Below, piece by piece: positions 1 through 9,810 of a stretch of 64,000 nt of DNA. The position numbers were made by a program, and so were the translations under genes. The notes beneath the pieces are model-generated. The model was not told the origin of the DNA. It ran no database searches and worked only from the letters and a program-made list of their open reading frames with translations. Origin of the DNA: an uncultured Ruficoccus sp. (GTDB lineage Bacteria; Verrucomicrobiota; Verrucomicrobiia; Opitutales; Cerasicoccaceae); assembly GCA_965140785.1 (NCBI GenBank), contig OZ223475.1:160001-224000 (forward strand). The letters run 5' to 3'. Positions within the stretch are counted from its first letter, which is position 1, and every line of letters starts with the position of its first letter.

Positions 1-316
1 CGTGGCCATGAAGTGTTTATGTGCCAAGATGATGGCATTGATTGTGACGATGAATAAACAGTAAAATGCGGTATGGCGAATATATTGACTCGATTAAGGT
101 TAAAACGGTATTTTTGCCCCTGATATTGTGTATATTTCCTTATTGTTCAAGGCTGGCATGCCATTTCAGGATCACTATCAGGAGTGATCGTAGGGAAAGC
201 AACTTCAGTGCTAAATCTTGGCTTGGATCACTCGCTTTAGCTTTTGTGGCTCCTTGGTAACGCAGATTTTTACTGCATAAGCGATTCGTGTTATCGAATT
301 TTAAAAAAAATCTTGA

Positions 317-335
317 TTTTATTTACTCGATTCAA
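317..335. promoter_or_regulatory. Putative operator TTTTATTTACTCGATT (copy 1)
   Basis: 16-bp identity with 1622-1637; related TTGACTCGATTAA at 85-97; pseudo-palindrome with central CG just upstream of a gene start. Confidence 0.55.
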
Positions 336-376
336 TTGAGTTGTTGCATCTCGAACCCCATACAAAGGAAAACAAG

Positions 377-1408
377 ATGAATACGTCATTGAAATGTGCA
401 GTGCTAGTGGCGATTGGCTTCAGCACAGCAAGTGTATCTAATGCAGACTTCCGGGACTTTAAGATGACTGGAGTGGGTACTGACAGCCAGTGGAGTACGC
501 TGGCGAATTGGGAGGAGAGTGCGTTCCCGACCTCGGCAGATTCAGCTCGTATTGAAAAGGACTGTTACGTCGCCAATGGCGTGACGGGTGAGGCACTGAA
601 GCTGTCGGTGGCTGGCTTCAGTAGTGATGTCTCGATGTTTGTTGAGGCTGGTGGTATATTGACTGCTGGTACAGGTGGTGTAGAGATCGCCTACTCGCGA
701 AAGAATGGTGTGCTGGATGTGTCGGGAACCCTTAATAGTACCGGGGATATCAAAATGGGGCTTAGCACGACGTATAGTGCCAACGGTACGCTGATTGTTC
801 GGAACGGAGGCGTTGTTACCGGGGCAAACCTTATCGCAGGGGCCAGCACAACGGGTGGTTCGTTTATCGTCGATCAGCTGGGGGGCAATATTACCCTGAC
901 GGGAGCAGTGACGCTGGCTGACGTTGAAGGCTCGACGGCGAGCGCAAGCTATACAATCAGTGGAGGTGTTCTCAGTGCAACCCGCCTGAATATGGGAGGG
1001 ACGGGGACCACGGAGGCAACTTTCACCGTGAGTGGCTCCAGTGCTCAGGTTAATTTCAGCTCGACCTCATGGATCAGTGGGGATTCAACCATTGCTTTCA
1101 TTCTTGACGCGGCAGGTGTGAGTGCGGTGACGATGGATGGCGGATATACGCTTGCCTCGACTGCCACGCTAATTGTCGATGCGTCGCTCTATGAGGGGAA
1201 TATTGGCAGTGGGGTGTTGCTGATCGATGTCAATGAGGGTGATGAACTAGCTACTTTCGAAAATCTCAATATCACGGCCGGCTACTCGTTGGACTACCGC
1301 GCCGGGGACGGTCTGTATCTTGTCCCAGAGCCAGCGGAGACTGTCACGTATATGATGGGGGTAACTCTTCTTGGCCTGCTGTTTTATCGTTCACGGCGTC
1401 AGCGATAG
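377..1408 (+). CDS. PEP-CTERM sorting domain surface protein (Gly/Ser/Thr-rich, beta-helix-like repeats)
   Basis: ATG 377 after AAGGA; signal peptide; C-terminal VPEP + TM helix + RSRRQR. Confidence 0.9.
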   Translation: MNTSLKCAVLVAIGFSTASVSNADFRDFKMTGVGTDSQWSTLANWEESAFPTSADSARIEKDCYVANGVTGEALKLSVAGFSSDVSMFVEAGGILTAGTGGVEIAYSRKNGVLDVSGTLNSTGDIKMGLSTTYSANGTLIVRNGGVVTGANLIAGASTTGGSFIVDQLGGNITLTGAVTLADVEGSTASASYTISGGVLSATRLNMGGTGTTEATFTVSGSSAQVNFSSTSWISGDSTIAFILDAAGVSAVTMDGGYTLASTATLIVDASLYEGNIGSGVLLIDVNEGDELATFENLNITAGYSLDYRAGDGLYLVPEPAETVTYMMGVTLLGLLFYRSRRQR

Positions 1409-1467
1409 CTTCGGCTGTTGACTGGATCGATGGTGTTTTTGTCCTGATATTCCACGGAGGATTTGTG

Positions 1468-1497
1468 GCCGCTCCCCTTTGTCCAGGGGAGGGCGGC
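1468..1497 (+). terminator. Stem-loop after PEP-CTERM gene
   Basis: GCCGCTCCCCT-ttgtcc-AGGGGAGGGCGGC; no strong U-tract. Confidence 0.45.
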
Positions 1498-1621
1498 ATT
1501 GAGGCATGTTATCGCAATATCACTCTCCGAGTGTTCCACTTGCTTATTATGTGCCCCGCCGTCGGTTGGAAGCGCGTAAGGCGCTACGCTTTTTCTGTAT
1601 GAATGTTGACTTTGTTTTGAG

Positions 1622-1639
1622 TTTTATTTACTCGATTAA
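1622..1639. promoter_or_regulatory. Putative operator TTTTATTTACTCGATTAA (copy 2)
   Basis: Identical core to 317-332, just upstream of the GH3 start. Confidence 0.55.
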
Positions 1640-1653
1640 CTGATTTTAGATTG

Positions 1654-4600
1654 ATGAAAAAATATTTCGTTACCGCCCTCTGCTTGTTTGCCTGGTTTGG
1701 GTGCCCCGTGTATCTGTTGGCCGGAACGCTTTATACTAGTGATTTTCGGGACGGCACCTTAAGGTCACCTTTGCGCGTATACGCGACGCGAGGCATTGAC
1801 GTGAAGGTTGAGGAGTCTCGCCTGCGTATTGACTGCGGTAATGGAAATAACTTCGCAAAAGGATTTGTCTATCTTGACGGCGAAGCAGGCGACTCCTGGG
1901 GGGCGTCAGATGACTTGAATTTCTTTAAGCACCCCTTGGTTTTAGATATTCGGGGGATTGCGTTTTCCCGTACGCCGGCGGAGCACGAGGCTTACGACTA
2001 CTACGCCTTGCTAGGGGTTCCTTTTGAGGGAAAGAGTAAAAACCTGACCCCGCGTGATGCGTTTACGGGAGCATATGTGCGTCTGAGTCTTAACGAGGCG
2101 GGGGAGTATTCACTGATTGTTGGCGAGCGTGTGATCGGAGGCCTGGCCGTGGGAGATATTCAGCGCCTGACGGGGCGGCCCGATGGTCTGACACTGGTTC
2201 TGGATCGTGATCGTTGGTTGGTGACGCTGAGTGGCTCCCGGTTTATTGATAATGGCATGCCGTCCCTGCAGGGTTGTTTTGAGCAATTGAACTCAAAGAT
2301 ACTGGCGGGGGAAGGCGTTTCATTTGCTACCGGTCTGATCAATTATTGTGATATGAAGGAACCGTACGCGGTGTCATTGAGCGGATTTGAAATCAGCACC
2401 GATATTCCTTCTGGACTCGCCGCCTGTCTAAAGGCGCCCTCCGGAAAAAAAACACGGGAGGTTCAGGCCACTGCCAGTGCATCGGTGAGGGCTTCGAGGC
2501 CGATTGACGCGATCGACGGCGAAGCCACGATGTGGAAGGCACCCTCCGGCGAGCAGTGGTACCAGCTTGATCTGGGCGAGATGGTGCCCATTGACACTAT
2601 CCATGTGGAGTGGACGGTAAACTGCGCGCGTCAGTACGTGGTAGAGGTTTCTGATGATGGTGAGGACTTTCGCGTGGTGGCGCAGGAGGATGATTTGGAG
2701 GTTGATGCGAACCGGAAATGGTTACGTAAGCCCGGCGAGCAAATGTATGCGCTTGAGAAGCCGATTCCAGCTCGGTATGTGCGGCTCCGATTGAGGGAGG
2801 CATCGCATCCGGAGATTGGTTACGAGCTGACGGAAGTACTCATCAACGGTAGCGTCCCCATATGCTTTGCACCGGTTGAAAATACGGGAATGCTTCGCGA
2901 TGAAAGTATCCCGCTGGATGAGCGTGTGGACGCGCTGTTGTCGATGATGACCTATCGCGAGAAGCTCCATCTGGCTGGCGGGTACGACAAGTTCAATATC
3001 GACGGGCTGCCGCGTTTCGGACTGAGCATGGTCCAGATGAGCGATACGACCTCGGGGGTGAAACTGCGGGAGAAATGTCGGGTCCTGGATGAGTCCACGA
3101 GCTTCCCCACGGCGATAGCGTTGGGGGCGACCTGGCATCCGGAGTTGGCGTACGAGATGGGGGAGGCGATTGCTCAGGAGTGCCGCGCGAATGGATCACG
3201 TATCCTACTGGCCCCCGGCATTAACATCTATCGCTCATCGACCTGCGGACGTAACTTCGAATACTTTGGCGAAGACCCGCTCCTGACTGCAGACATGGCC
3301 GTGGCCTACATTCAAGGGGTTCAGTCTCAGGAGGTCATCGCCACGGTGAAGCACTTCATCGCCAACAATAATGAGTTCCTGCGGCACCAGAGCAATGCGG
3401 TGATTGATGATCGTGCCTTGCACGAGATTTACCTGCCGGCCTTTAAGGCGGCGATCCAGCAAGGGCAAACGCGTGCGCTGATGTCTTCCTATAACTGGTT
3501 CAATGGGGAAAAGTGCGGTGAAAGCGAAACTCTGTTGACGGATATTTTGCGTGATGAACTCGGCTATGAGTGGATGGTGATGAGTGACTGGGGAGGGACG
3601 AAGGATTTAAGTAAGGTTCCTGGCTCCGGACAAAACATCGTGATGCCGGAGAAGAAGCTTTTGCACTCGATCATGATGAAGCGCTACGCGCAGAACCCGC
3701 AAGCGGCAGACGCTGAATTAACAGCGATGGTACGCCCCACGGTGAAGACGCTGCTGGATACAAAGGCCTGGTTTGCGACGAATGAGGGAGAGCCTGAGTT
3801 TCTTGAAATATTTCCGGTGCATAAAACCGTTGCACGTCGCGTCGCGACGGAGGCTGTCACCCTGCTGAAGAACGATCACATTCTCCCGCTCAAGAAGACG
3901 GACGAACTTCTGGTCATGGGAGAGGAGGCAGCTGTGAAGGACGCCCAGTCCGGAAGCGGCTCCGGCGAGGTCAAGGGCTACGACCATGTCAGCTATCTGG
4001 ATGGGCTGATGAAAACATTCAGCCATGTGACCTATAAAAGTGATGCTTCGGATCAGGAGATCAAAAGGGCAGGAACTATCATATATTTTCTGGATACAGG
4101 TGGAGGAGAGTCGGAGGACCGTCCATTTGAGTTGGATGCGGCGCTGGTGACGGATATTCGCCGGGTCGCTGCGCTGAATGCACGGGTTGTCGTGGTGGCT
4201 TCCTCGGGGTCGGCATTCAGTACTGATTGGGTTGACGATGTCGAGGCGCTGGTCCTGGCATACTATCTTGGGCAGGAGCGTGGGTCGGCACTGGCTGCCA
4301 TCCTTTCCGGTGACGCCAACCCATCGGGGAAGCTGCCTTTCTCCTTTGAGGTCCGTTTCGAAGATTCTCCGGCCTATGGTAGTAATGTTATCGACGGAGT
4401 CGAGGTCTGGCAGGGCAATGACAAACGCTTTAAGGATGACACCTACGACGTTAAGTATACCGAGGGAGTTTTTGTCGGCTACCGCTGGTATGAGGGGCGA
4501 GACAAGGAAGTTCGATTCCCGTTTGGTTATGGATTGTCATACACAAGCTTCCGTATCACCGGAGCGGAGGTGTCGCGCCAGGATGTTCTCGGTGACGGGC

Positions 4601-4923
4601 CGCTTGAGATCCGTGTGTCAGTCAAGAATACGGGGCCAGTTGCAGGTGCTGAAGTTGTGCAATGCTATGTGAACGATGTGGTAAGCAACGTGCCGCGCCC
4701 CTACCGTGAGTTGAAGTCCTTTAAAAAGCTGTTCCTCAATCCCGGGGAGGAGAAGACGGTGGTTTTGTCGCTGGAGCCGGAAGACTTTGCCTATTGGGAT
4801 ACGGATCAACGCCGCTGGGTGATTGAGCCCGGAGCCTTCAACCTGCTCATCGGTAATTCGAGTCGGGATGTTCAGCAGACGATTTCGGTGAAACTCGATA
4901 GAGACGAGCCCGTCGCGCTGTGA
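1654..4923 (+). CDS. Secreted GH3 beta-glycosidase with unknown N-terminal domain, F5/8-C (CBM32-like) domain and Fn3-like tail
   Basis: GRNFEYFGEDP, KHF, MSDW nucleophile, NPSGKLP, FPFGYGLSYT, GAEVVQ, RELKSFKK; WYQLDLG...ARYVRL discoidin motif; signal peptide. Confidence 0.93.
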   Translation: MKKYFVTALCLFAWFGCPVYLLAGTLYTSDFRDGTLRSPLRVYATRGIDVKVEESRLRIDCGNGNNFAKGFVYLDGEAGDSWGASDDLNFFKHPLVLDIRGIAFSRTPAEHEAYDYYALLGVPFEGKSKNLTPRDAFTGAYVRLSLNEAGEYSLIVGERVIGGLAVGDIQRLTGRPDGLTLVLDRDRWLVTLSGSRFIDNGMPSLQGCFEQLNSKILAGEGVSFATGLINYCDMKEPYAVSLSGFEISTDIPSGLAACLKAPSGKKTREVQATASASVRASRPIDAIDGEATMWKAPSGEQWYQLDLGEMVPIDTIHVEWTVNCARQYVVEVSDDGEDFRVVAQEDDLEVDANRKWLRKPGEQMYALEKPIPARYVRLRLREASHPEIGYELTEVLINGSVPICFAPVENTGMLRDESIPLDERVDALLSMMTYREKLHLAGGYDKFNIDGLPRFGLSMVQMSDTTSGVKLREKCRVLDESTSFPTAIALGATWHPELAYEMGEAIAQECRANGSRILLAPGINIYRSSTCGRNFEYFGEDPLLTADMAVAYIQGVQSQEVIATVKHFIANNNEFLRHQSNAVIDDRALHEIYLPAFKAAIQQGQTRALMSSYNWFNGEKCGESETLLTDILRDELGYEWMVMSDWGGTKDLSKVPGSGQNIVMPEKKLLHSIMMKRYAQNPQAADAELTAMVRPTVKTLLDTKAWFATNEGEPEFLEIFPVHKTVARRVATEAVTLLKNDHILPLKKTDELLVMGEEAAVKDAQSGSGSGEVKGYDHVSYLDGLMKTFSHVTYKSDASDQEIKRAGTIIYFLDTGGGESEDRPFELDAALVTDIRRVAALNARVVVVASSGSAFSTDWVDDVEALVLAYYLGQERGSALAAILSGDANPSGKLPFSFEVRFEDSPAYGSNVIDGVEVWQGNDKRFKDDTYDVKYTEGVFVGYRWYEGRDKEVRFPFGYGLSYTSFRITGAEVSRQDVLGDGPLEIRVSVKNTGPVAGAEVVQCYVNDVVSNVPRPYRELKSFKKLFLNPGEEKTVVLSLEPEDFAYWDTDQRRWVIEPGAFNLLIGNSSRDVQQTISVKLDRDEPVAL

Positions 4924-4961
4924 CCTGACCGGTTCTCTCTCGGAATGCTGAAACTTACCCT

Positions 4962-6941
4962 ATGAACATACTGGAAATAATCCTTTTTATTGCAGCCGTT
5001 GTAGGCGTGATTTCGCTCGGCATATGGAAAAGCCGGGGTGAGCGGCTGGAGGGGGAACAGGGGGCGACGGATTACTTTCTTGCCGGGCGTGGGCTGACGT
5101 GGTGGCTGGTCGGGTTCTCGCTCATCGCGGCGAACATCTCCACGGAGCAGTTTGTGGGGATGTCAGGCTCGTCGGCTAATTGGCTGGGGATGGCCATTGC
5201 CTCTTATGAATGGATGGCTGCGATAACGCTGGTGGTGGTCGGGTTTTGGTTCCTGCCGCGTTTTCTGCGCGCGGGCTTGTATACCATTCCAGAGTTCCTG
5301 GAGTATCGTTTTAATGGAGTGGCGCGGTTGGCGATGGCCATACCCGCCGTGCTGACATTGGTTTTTGTCGCAACATCATCGGTGATCTTTTCGGGGGGCA
5401 AGTTTGTGTCCGAGTATTACAACACCGTCCCCGTGCTGAGCAACCTGACCGCCACCTGCTGGATCATTGCCATCTTTGCGGCCGTGTATGTGTTTGTCGG
5501 TGGCCTGAAGGCATGTGCCTGGACGGATTTGGTTTGGGGCTCTGCGTTGATTGTCGGAGGCATCATCGTGATGGTCCTTGCCTTTGGTAGGCTTTCCGAG
5601 CGTCCCGCTGAGGATTTGATACAGACCAAGGTCGCGAATTCCACTGCGACAGTTTCCGGGTTGGAAAATGCCGGAGCCTGGGAGCGCTTCATGCTGCTCA
5701 ATGACGGCATCGAGGGTGAGGCTGAGGCCGTAAACGGCACTAACGGCAGCGGTGGCAAGGTCCATATGGTGCGACCCAAGGAAGATAGCGATCTTCCGTG
5801 GACGGCGTTGCTGATCGGCTTGTGGATTCCTAATTTCTTCTATTGGGGGCTGAACCAATACATTGTGCAGCGCACCCTTGGGTCGAAGTCGCTGGCGGAA
5901 GGGCAGAAGGGGATCGTTTTCGCTGCCGGCCTGAAGCTGCTTATCCCGTTTCTTGTGGTGATACCCGGGATACTGGCTTTTAACCTTTTCAGGCAAGACC
6001 TGCACGCCTGCGCCGACTCACAGAACTCAGCGATTATGCAGCAATTGCGGGCGGATCAAGTCGTCCGGGTTGACGAGGAATTTGTGCGTTTGAAGCCGGC
6101 AACGGCGCTCGAGCTCTATGCCCATAACGCTGCTGCGTCTGGTGAGATGGGCCCGTCGAGCACGTTTGATCAGGATACCCCTCCGGTTGAAATGGCTGCC
6201 GCTATAAATGCCCTGGCCAACGTCTCCAAGGGGGATGGTGCGGCCGTGGCCGGAACGTTGAAGGGGTATGACTACGATGCCGCGTTTCCAGTCCTGGTGC
6301 GCAACCTGGTCAAGCCGATGCCGCTGGTATCGTGGTTTATTCTGGCGGCGCTCGCTGGGGCGGTGATCAGTTCGTTGGCTTCGATGCTCAACTCCGCCTC
6401 AACGATTGCTACCATGGATCTCTATGCCAGGTTTACCGGAGAAAAAGACTCGGCCAGGCTGGTCAAAGTCGGCCGGGCGTTTGTGGTGATTTTTGTCATC
6501 CTGGCAGCCTTAGTCGCACCCAGTCTCGATAGCTTCACGAGCATATACGCGTATATCCAGGAGTTTCAGGGTTTTATTTCTCCCGGTATCCTCGCGGTCT
6601 TTATTCTGGGTTTCTTCTCGCCTCAAACCCCGCGTTACTTTGGGGCTCTAGGTATAGGAATAAATGTCATCTGCTATGCTGCCATGAAGTGGCTGGTGGG
6701 GCCGTGGTTTGTCACCCGTGGTTGGTGGTACTCCGACCAGATCGCCTTCCTTGATCGCATGGCCGTATGCTTTTTTGTCGTCCTGTTGTCCGGCGTGCTT
6801 GTCACTATAATCAACCCCATGAAGCAAGTGGTGCAGATGCCCGTCAATGACCAGATTGAGCTGAAAAATTCACCGGTCGCCAAACTGTTCGGGGGTGTCG
6901 TTGTTGTTGCCACCATCATGCTCTACGTGATCTTTTGGTAA
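4962..6941 (+). CDS. Sodium:solute symporter (SSS, SGLT-like sugar transporter)
   Basis: DYFLAGR, SLIAANISTEQFVGMSG, YTIPEFLEYRF, NQYIVQRTL, SSLASMLNS; many TM segments. Confidence 0.93.
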   Translation: MNILEIILFIAAVVGVISLGIWKSRGERLEGEQGATDYFLAGRGLTWWLVGFSLIAANISTEQFVGMSGSSANWLGMAIASYEWMAAITLVVVGFWFLPRFLRAGLYTIPEFLEYRFNGVARLAMAIPAVLTLVFVATSSVIFSGGKFVSEYYNTVPVLSNLTATCWIIAIFAAVYVFVGGLKACAWTDLVWGSALIVGGIIVMVLAFGRLSERPAEDLIQTKVANSTATVSGLENAGAWERFMLLNDGIEGEAEAVNGTNGSGGKVHMVRPKEDSDLPWTALLIGLWIPNFFYWGLNQYIVQRTLGSKSLAEGQKGIVFAAGLKLLIPFLVVIPGILAFNLFRQDLHACADSQNSAIMQQLRADQVVRVDEEFVRLKPATALELYAHNAAASGEMGPSSTFDQDTPPVEMAAAINALANVSKGDGAAVAGTLKGYDYDAAFPVLVRNLVKPMPLVSWFILAALAGAVISSLASMLNSASTIATMDLYARFTGEKDSARLVKVGRAFVVIFVILAALVAPSLDSFTSIYAYIQEFQGFISPGILAVFILGFFSPQTPRYFGALGIGINVICYAAMKWLVGPWFVTRGWWYSDQIAFLDRMAVCFFVVLLSGVLVTIINPMKQVVQMPVNDQIELKNSPVAKLFGGVVVVATIMLYVIFW

Positions 6942-7101
6942 GGCAGCTTATCGCGTTGCTTCCGTATGGCCTGTGAGAACTGTAGCTTGCTATGCAAAGC
7001 TCGTCGGCCATTAGATGCAATGCTCGGCAGCGGTCGTAAGGGGCACATGGCTGGACGGAGAATCCGCCAGAGCGTGACGGACTCTTGTATAGGCCGTAGC
7101 T

Positions 7102-7140
7102 AAAAAGAAACGCCCCGCCTTAAGGGCGAGGCGTTTCTTG
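7102..7140 (-). terminator. Intrinsic terminator (U-tract on minus strand, possibly bidirectional)
   Basis: AAAAAGAAACGCCCCGCCTTAAGGGCGAGGCGTTTCTT inverted repeat. Confidence 0.65.
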
Positions 7141-7171
7141 ATGCACGGCCTCCGGGCGTCCCTTGTCTCCT

Positions 7172-7335
7172 TCAGTTCACCCCGGCCTGTACGTCGAGGA
7201 GGCGGTGGAGCTTTTCGGTGGCGAGGGGAGGAGGTTGAGGTTACCTTTGAGGGCTTCGGTGAAGGCGCTCTGGAGGGACCAGAGGGTGCGTTCACGGAAG
7301 CAGGGGTGGACGGGGTGGCGCCACTTGAGTATCAG
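7172..7335 (-). pseudogene. 3' fragment resembling DUF932-type mobile-element protein
   Basis: Minus strand reads KWRHPVHPCFRERTLWSLQSAFTEALKGNLNLLP, then after a frameshift TEKLHRLLDVQAGVN*; followed by terminator. Family recalled from memory. Confidence 0.45.
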
Positions 7336-7502
7336 ATTTTCTGGTTTTCTTGTACCTTGGGAGCAACTTGCAGCTTTTCGAGAAAGCTGGCTTGAGCCCG
7401 CAAGCTTGAGTTTTGCTGAGCATGTTGGCGGGGTGGGGGAAGCTGCGAAGCGCTGTCCTATGAACCGTCATCAGCAGCAAGTCATTGAATACTTGGTCGA
7501 GG

Positions 7503-7544
7503 TACCGAACTGAGGCATAGCCTCGGTGACAAAGCGCAGCGCCC
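7503..7544 (+). repeat. 42-bp hairpin mini-insert (copy 1)
   Basis: TACCGAACTGAGGCATAGCCTCGGTGACAAAGCGCAGCGCCC between G7502 and A7545 of an inferred GAA codon. Confidence 0.75.
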
Positions 7545-8352
7545 AAATCGTATTCTTCGTGAGCAACTCGACATCCACGCCACGGGCAAACGCATTCGCT
7601 TCAACGCGAACCAGCGCAGGCGTTTGGCCGAGAAGGTCGCTGCTTGGGGCGTAAGATATTGATGAAAATCGCGACGCTCGTGACGCCGGAGACGATCTAC
7701 CGCTGGCATCGTCAATTCGTCGCGATGGCCTATGCTCCTAAGGGTCATGATCATTCCGTTGTCCATGCTCGGCGGGCCGAGCGCAATGCGCTCATCATCA
7801 AGCTGGCGGTTGAGAATTCGGGCTTTGTATACACGCGTACCCAATATTTGATACATAATTTCGGCTATCCCAAGCTGAGCACTTCGACCATCGGAGAGGT
7901 TCTGCGCGAGGCGGGTATTCGCCCGTCGCCGGAGCGCAGCACTCGTCTGGACGGGAAGACGTTTATCCGTGTTCACGCCGATCAGCTTGCAGCCTCGGAC
8001 TTCTTCATGGTGCCGGTGTGGACCTTGTGCGGCCTGGCCATGTGCCGGGTGCATTTCGTGATCGACCTGATGACACGCAAAGTAGAGATCACGCACATCG
8101 GTTGCCAATACTCCGGAGAGTTGATGCTTCAAATTGCCCGGAACCTGACGGATGCGTTCGAAGGATTCCTGACCGGCAAGAAATACCTGCTGCATGATCG
8201 GGATACTCTCTTTACAAATGCGTTCCGTGAGTTGTTGCGCAGTAGTGGCACTATCCCTTTCAGGCTGCCTGTGTGCATGCCGATGATGAACGGCGGGCGG
8301 CGAGCCAGCCCGTCCGGCTAAGCCGCGTGCTTCATCAAATCGATCAAGCTTG

Positions 8353-8389
8353 TACCGAGCCTGGGAAGCGGCGACAAAGCGAAGCGCCC
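8353..8389 (+). repeat. 37-bp hairpin mini-insert (copy 2)
   Basis: TACCGAGCCTGGGAAGCGGCGACAAAGCGAAGCGCCC within KL-E-CLN. Confidence 0.8.
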
Positions 8390-8592
8390 ATGCCTGAACA
8401 AGATGGTTTTTTTCAGTGAAGGTGCTCTGCGAAAGGCCATCCGTGGATATGCTCTGCATTACCATCATAAGTGGCCGCATCAGGGCCGTGACAACCAGAT
8501 CATCGAGCCGGACGTGGAAACCTTTCGACGTGCTCCCCCCCAAACAGTCCGTTATTGAATGAGAGTTCTGTGTCCTTAAACCGAACAGAACC

Positions 8593-9810
8593 ATGTCTAA
8601 AGGAAAACATCACAGCGAAGCAGAGATCATCCGCATATTAAAGGAGGCCGCAACGGGGATGCCGGTGGCCGATCTTCTTCGTGAGCACAACATCTCACAA
8701 GGAACGTACTACCGATGGAAGAGTGCTTACAGCGGGATGCAGGTAAACGAACTGAAGCGCCTCAAAGAGCTTGAGAAGGAGAACGAGCGTTTGAAGCGTC
8801 TGGTGGCCGATCAGGCGCTGGACATTGTCATGCTCAAGGACATCAACTCAAAAACTGGTGAAGCCTGCAGCCAGACGGGTCGCGGCAGATTATCTGCAAA
8901 GCGATTATGACGTCGGCGTAACCCGTGCCTGCGGGCTGATCGGAATCTCACGTAGCAGCTACCGCTACCAATCCTGCCGTGGCGATGATGCCCCGCTGCG
9001 CACAGCGATCCGCCAAAAGGCCCAGGAGCGTAAGCGCTGGGGCTACCGACGGTTGCAGGTGTTGCTGCAACGCGACGGATACATGGATAATCACAAACGT
9101 ATTTACCGGATCTATCGTGAGGAGGGACTGCAAGTGAGGAAGCGCCGCCGTAAACGTGCTCGCTCCAAACGCAGCTTTGAGCTGTTGCCCAGCAGTGGAG
9201 CCAACCAACGCTGGAGCATGGACTTTATGCACGACAGTACGGCCTCGGGTCGCAAGCTGCGCATCCTTAACGTGGTCGACGACTACACGCGGGAGGCTCT
9301 CTGGATGGAGGTTACCTCCTCGATTAGTGGCCAATACGTCACCCGTGTGCTGGACCGTATCATAGAACTACGCGGCAAACCCGAATGCCTGCTCACAGAC
9401 AACGGCCCCGAGTTTGCCGGGGCAGCTCTGGATGCCTGGACTTACGAGCGAAAGATCAAGCACCAGTTCATCCAGCCCGGTAAGCCCAACCAAAACGCCT
9501 ATGTCGAAAGCTTCAACGGTAAGGTCCGCGACGTACCGAGCCTGTGCCATCGGCACGGCGACACTCAAGCGAAGCGAAGACATGCCTCAACGGACACTGG
9601 TGGCGCAATATCGACCATGCCCGTCACTGTATCGAGCGCTGGAGGGAAGACTACAATCAGGTCCGACCGCACAGCTCATTGAAAAACCAAACCCCGCAAG
9701 CCTTCGCACAAAAAACGCGAGCCCCCCCCCTAGGGGGGCTACAGACCAGTAACAGGCTTGCAACTACAAACCCAAATACACAACCTAACTACCCAGCACT
9801 CTCATTTTGA
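8593..9810 (+). pseudogene. IS3-family transposase orfA/orfB, disrupted
   Basis: orfA HTH from 8593; junction has A5C (8850-8855); orfB frameshifted by a 48-bp insert at 9534-9581, resuming CLNGHWW...YNQVRPHSSL. Confidence 0.88.
9534..9581 (+). repeat. 48-bp hairpin mini-insert (copy 3)
   Basis: TACCGAGCCTGTGCCATCGGCACGGCGACACTCAAGCGAAGCGAAGAC within RD-E-CLN. Confidence 0.8.

Larger units (their letters stand above)
7410..8525 (+). pseudogene. Degenerate rve/DDE integrase-core gene (PVC-type IS-like), frameshifted, with four small insertions, truncated by IS3
   Basis: MLAGW-MNRHQQQVIEYLVE-NRILREQL...VTPETIYRWHR...ASDFF...LLHDRD...FIKSIKL-CLNKMVFF...HQGRDNQIIEP. Confidence 0.85.

Noticed and set aside
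1..260. ORF 66-260 and possible gene edge at 1-57
   Set aside because: The ORF overlaps AT-rich promoter DNA and has no motifs; 1-57 could be a + strand gene end or a minus-strand start, which cannot be resolved here
7482..8594. 370-aa minus-strand ORF
   Set aside because: Antisense shadow of the rve relic. It is notable that it stays open across the inserts, but I recognise no motif or RBS
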